Source: Octopus sinensis
Taxonomy: Eukaryota
Length of the DNA stretch: 64,000 nucleotides
Direction of reading: 5' to 3'
Assembly: GCF_006345805.1 (NCBI RefSeq)
Contig: NC_043004.1
Coordinates: 7,378,001 to 7,442,000, forward strand
The notes beneath the pieces were generated by a model, which saw only the letters and a list, made by a program, of their open reading frames with translations, was not told the origin of the DNA and searched no databases. The translations under genes and the position numbers were made by a program. This document shows, piece by piece, positions 61,200-64,000 of the stretch; position 1 is the stretch's first letter; the number at the start of each line of letters is the position of its first letter.

Positions 61200-61625
61200 A
61201 ACCTAATAAGCAGCAGAGGTGGGTACTCTGAAAGCATAGTAGCCAGAATAAGAGTTAGGGTGGAAGAAGTTAAAGGAGAGTATTTCTTCAGACAAAGAGT
61301 AGATTGTATGAACTGCAATGCTGCATGGTAATGAGGTCTGGGCAGTGGAGGCTGGAAAAAAAAATGAAGCAAGTGTGGAATGGTGGATGTTGTGAAAGAG
61401 AAATCTTTACTGTGTTGGTGCAGACATATGATGTGTATGGACGATGACAAGTGAATTGACAGAGTGCCAGGAGATTCATAATGAAGGAACCCGGCGGAAG
61501 AAGATGTGGGCAGATGTTGAATCTCATGAAGGTGATAATAAAGAAACACAAATAGTATAACGACATGTCGGGAGAGATCTATCCAAAAGTACAAACAAAG
61601 AAAAACAGATGGTAAATGATGATGA
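61200..61625 (+). mobile_element. Decayed RTE-clade LINE 3' region
   Basis: Residual AMLHGNEVWAV (RTE motif AMLxGSETW) and ...EGTRRKKMW (GRPRKTW-like). (GAT)n tail. Confidence 0.7.
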
Positions 61626-61779
61626 TGATGATGACGATGTGTGTACAAGCTGTGAAAACCATGTCGAACCAAACTATAGAACCTGATGTGGCCCCTGTTC
61701 TTGCCAACTCTTGTCAAACCATCCAACCATGGCAACATGGAAAACATGTTAAATGGTAATTGATGATGAGGGTGTATTC

Positions 61780-61816
<37 letters not shown>

Positions 61817-62641
61817 AACACACACACATACACACACACACACACACGCACGCACACACATTCTAGCCTCGTAATTTTTATAAAAATCCTTCCGCAATTC
61901 TGTTTATCCATCCATCTTTAATTATACATAACGACTTCTCTGCTGCATATTTCACTGATATGTAAATATCTGCAAATGTAGATGTTGGCATTCTCAAACC
62001 TTGTGAAATATAAGAGCTATGAAATAATTGTATTTTTTTTTTCTTATATGACAAATCCTCAATTAACCAATTTTGGGTGTGGGTCAGTTAACAATGTATA
62101 TTTCCTTCTTTTTTATGTTAACAGTAGAGTAAATAGATGATAATTAACAAAATTAAAGAACTCAACAGCTTTATACTTGTTTGAGAATTGTGTTTTGTTC
62201 ATTCTAATTCTGTATCTCTTCTCTCTCTCTCTCCCCCTCTCCCCTCCTCTCTCTACTAAGTATTTAATAGGTACTGAAAATGTCCTGTAGTCCTTAATAT
62301 TTTATTCTGCCACTCCCAAACACTTTAGCTTTGAGCCAGATCAAGTCAGCTCCTGGCTTTGGTTCCTCAAATGCCAAGTTTATTGGCTGTAATCATAAAT
62401 CACAACCATAAAAGATAAGTGGAATGGTTCAACTGCAAAACAATTTTCGCTATTTGCTTGTCTCACCAGAAGCTGACCACCATTCCATGGTGCTTAAACT
62501 TAAGTAGTCTCAGAGCTATGAGTCATAAATGGCATCACTTAAAACTGCTTTCATGTGGTATATCTAGAGTAAGTCAGTTTAGTGGAACACTCCTGTCCCT
62601 ACAAAATTATACACAAAGCAGGAGTCAAATTCATCATTACA

Positions 62642-62858
62642 AGGCGGCAGGCTGGCAGAAACGTTAGCACGCCGGGTGAAATGCGTAGCCGTATTTCATC
62701 TGCCGTTACGCTCCGAGTTCAAATTCTGCTGAGGTCAACTTTGCCTTTCATCCTTTCGGGGTCGATAAATTAAGTATCAGTTGCAGACTGGGGGCGATGT
62801 AATCGACTTAATCCGTTTGTCTCCTGTGTGTAGCCTCTTGTGGGTAGTAAAGAAATAG
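62642..62858 (+). mobile_element. SINE family A
   Basis: Complete head-core-tail. Confidence 0.9.
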
Positions 62859-64000
62859 GAGTCGAATTCATCATTGCAAGCTACCGAAAAACTACTAAAT
62901 TTTGCAGTGTTGTCACTATGGACATTGGAGAGTCATTCCTACTGGGTAGTAACTGTTTGACAGTTTAGTTTCATGGCCACATATACACTGCAGACCAAAT
63001 ACAAAATTATGGCCTCCTATATTAGTAAGAAGTAATGGGAGGGTGGGGTGGCAACGTTAGATCAGAGCTCATGGGTGTAAAAGAAAATGAAGAGATTGGC
63101 CCAACAAATTTAGTGTTTTTTTTTTCTTGTCTGAAACATTCAAGAAAGTGACCAACAACCACCAGTAATATTCTATTATTTCATCTAGTTTCAGCTCACG
63201 AGCTGTGGCCATTGAGTGAAATTTAGATGGGCATTCTTTCGATATGAGTCCCATTTACCTCACGTGTATTTGTTTACATTTGATGAAGAAGATCGTCACT
63301 TTCTGTAAAATTTCTATTTTTTTATATTTGTGGGGTTAGGGGTGGGGGGAAGGGTATCTTTTTTTCTTCAGAAATGTAAATAAACCCACGTGGGTTTATA
63401 AGTGACAGTTATGTTACTAGTAACGAACGATCGCCTTTAGATGTGTTAGAAACCCCTTACAAAAATTTAAATAATATTTCACTTATCATTTATTATTTAT
63501 AAATTAAGATTTCTTAGATGGTGTATGGAAAGTTGAGTCAATAAGTGTGTTAGGACCCACTTTGCTATTATTAAGTTTTCATGCAGCAACCAACGTCCGA
63601 AGGTGTTTCCCCCCAACAATCCTTCTAAGCTTACATACTGTGGTAAGGTTTCAACTCATTGGAGGCAGAGATTAAATGAAGTTCCAGAAAAAACTAGTTC
63701 AGATCCCGTTTCTTTCTGCTCACTGCACTAAATCTGAACATTTTAAATGTTTCCATTCCCGACAAGCCAAGCGCCAACCAACATTGTCTTCCACTATTCA
63801 CTCGGTCTCAAGCTAATTTTAGCTCAATTAAGTTGTTTTTTGTGGGGTTTGTTTTGGTTGTTTTTGTTGCTTTTTTCCACTTTCCTCGCAAGAGAATTCT
63901 TTTCAAGGTTTCTCTTGGGAACTCTGTTCCTTTTTCCAGATGTTTCCATACATCCAGCATTATTTGCTTCTCTTTTTTTATTTCTTTTCAAAACCTGAAC

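Noticed and set aside
63560-64000. Protein-like minus-strand stretch at the window end
   Set aside because: Multiple stops and no motif I can assign. It may be a TE remnant continuing beyond the window.

Overview
AT-rich, repeat-dense eukaryotic DNA. The SINE, MITE and microsatellite content is typical of an octopus (coleoid cephalopod) genome; this is an inference from the repeat families, not a database match. There is no intact long coding sequence, and almost all ORF-track entries are microsatellite or SINE read-throughs. Recognisable content: decayed DNA transposons (pogo/Tigger transposase, mariner fragments and MITEs, a hAT MITE, two complete non-autonomous Helitrons); a family of large fold-back MITEs, several carrying TTAGGG repeats; LINE remnants (CR1-like, RTE-like and two restriction-like-endonuclease-clade fragments); two abundant tRNA-derived SINE families; and Penelope-like remnants carrying degenerate minimal hammerhead ribozyme motifs. 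A promoter-like, long 5'UTR-like region at about 28.7-30.1 kb ends in ACCATG-MSPDNSIQ and a strong GTAAGA donor, which suggests the rest of the window is intronic to an unidentified + strand gene with candidate micro-exons. The most notable signals are the hammerhead motifs and the many long inverted repeats that would form dsRNA if transcribed.
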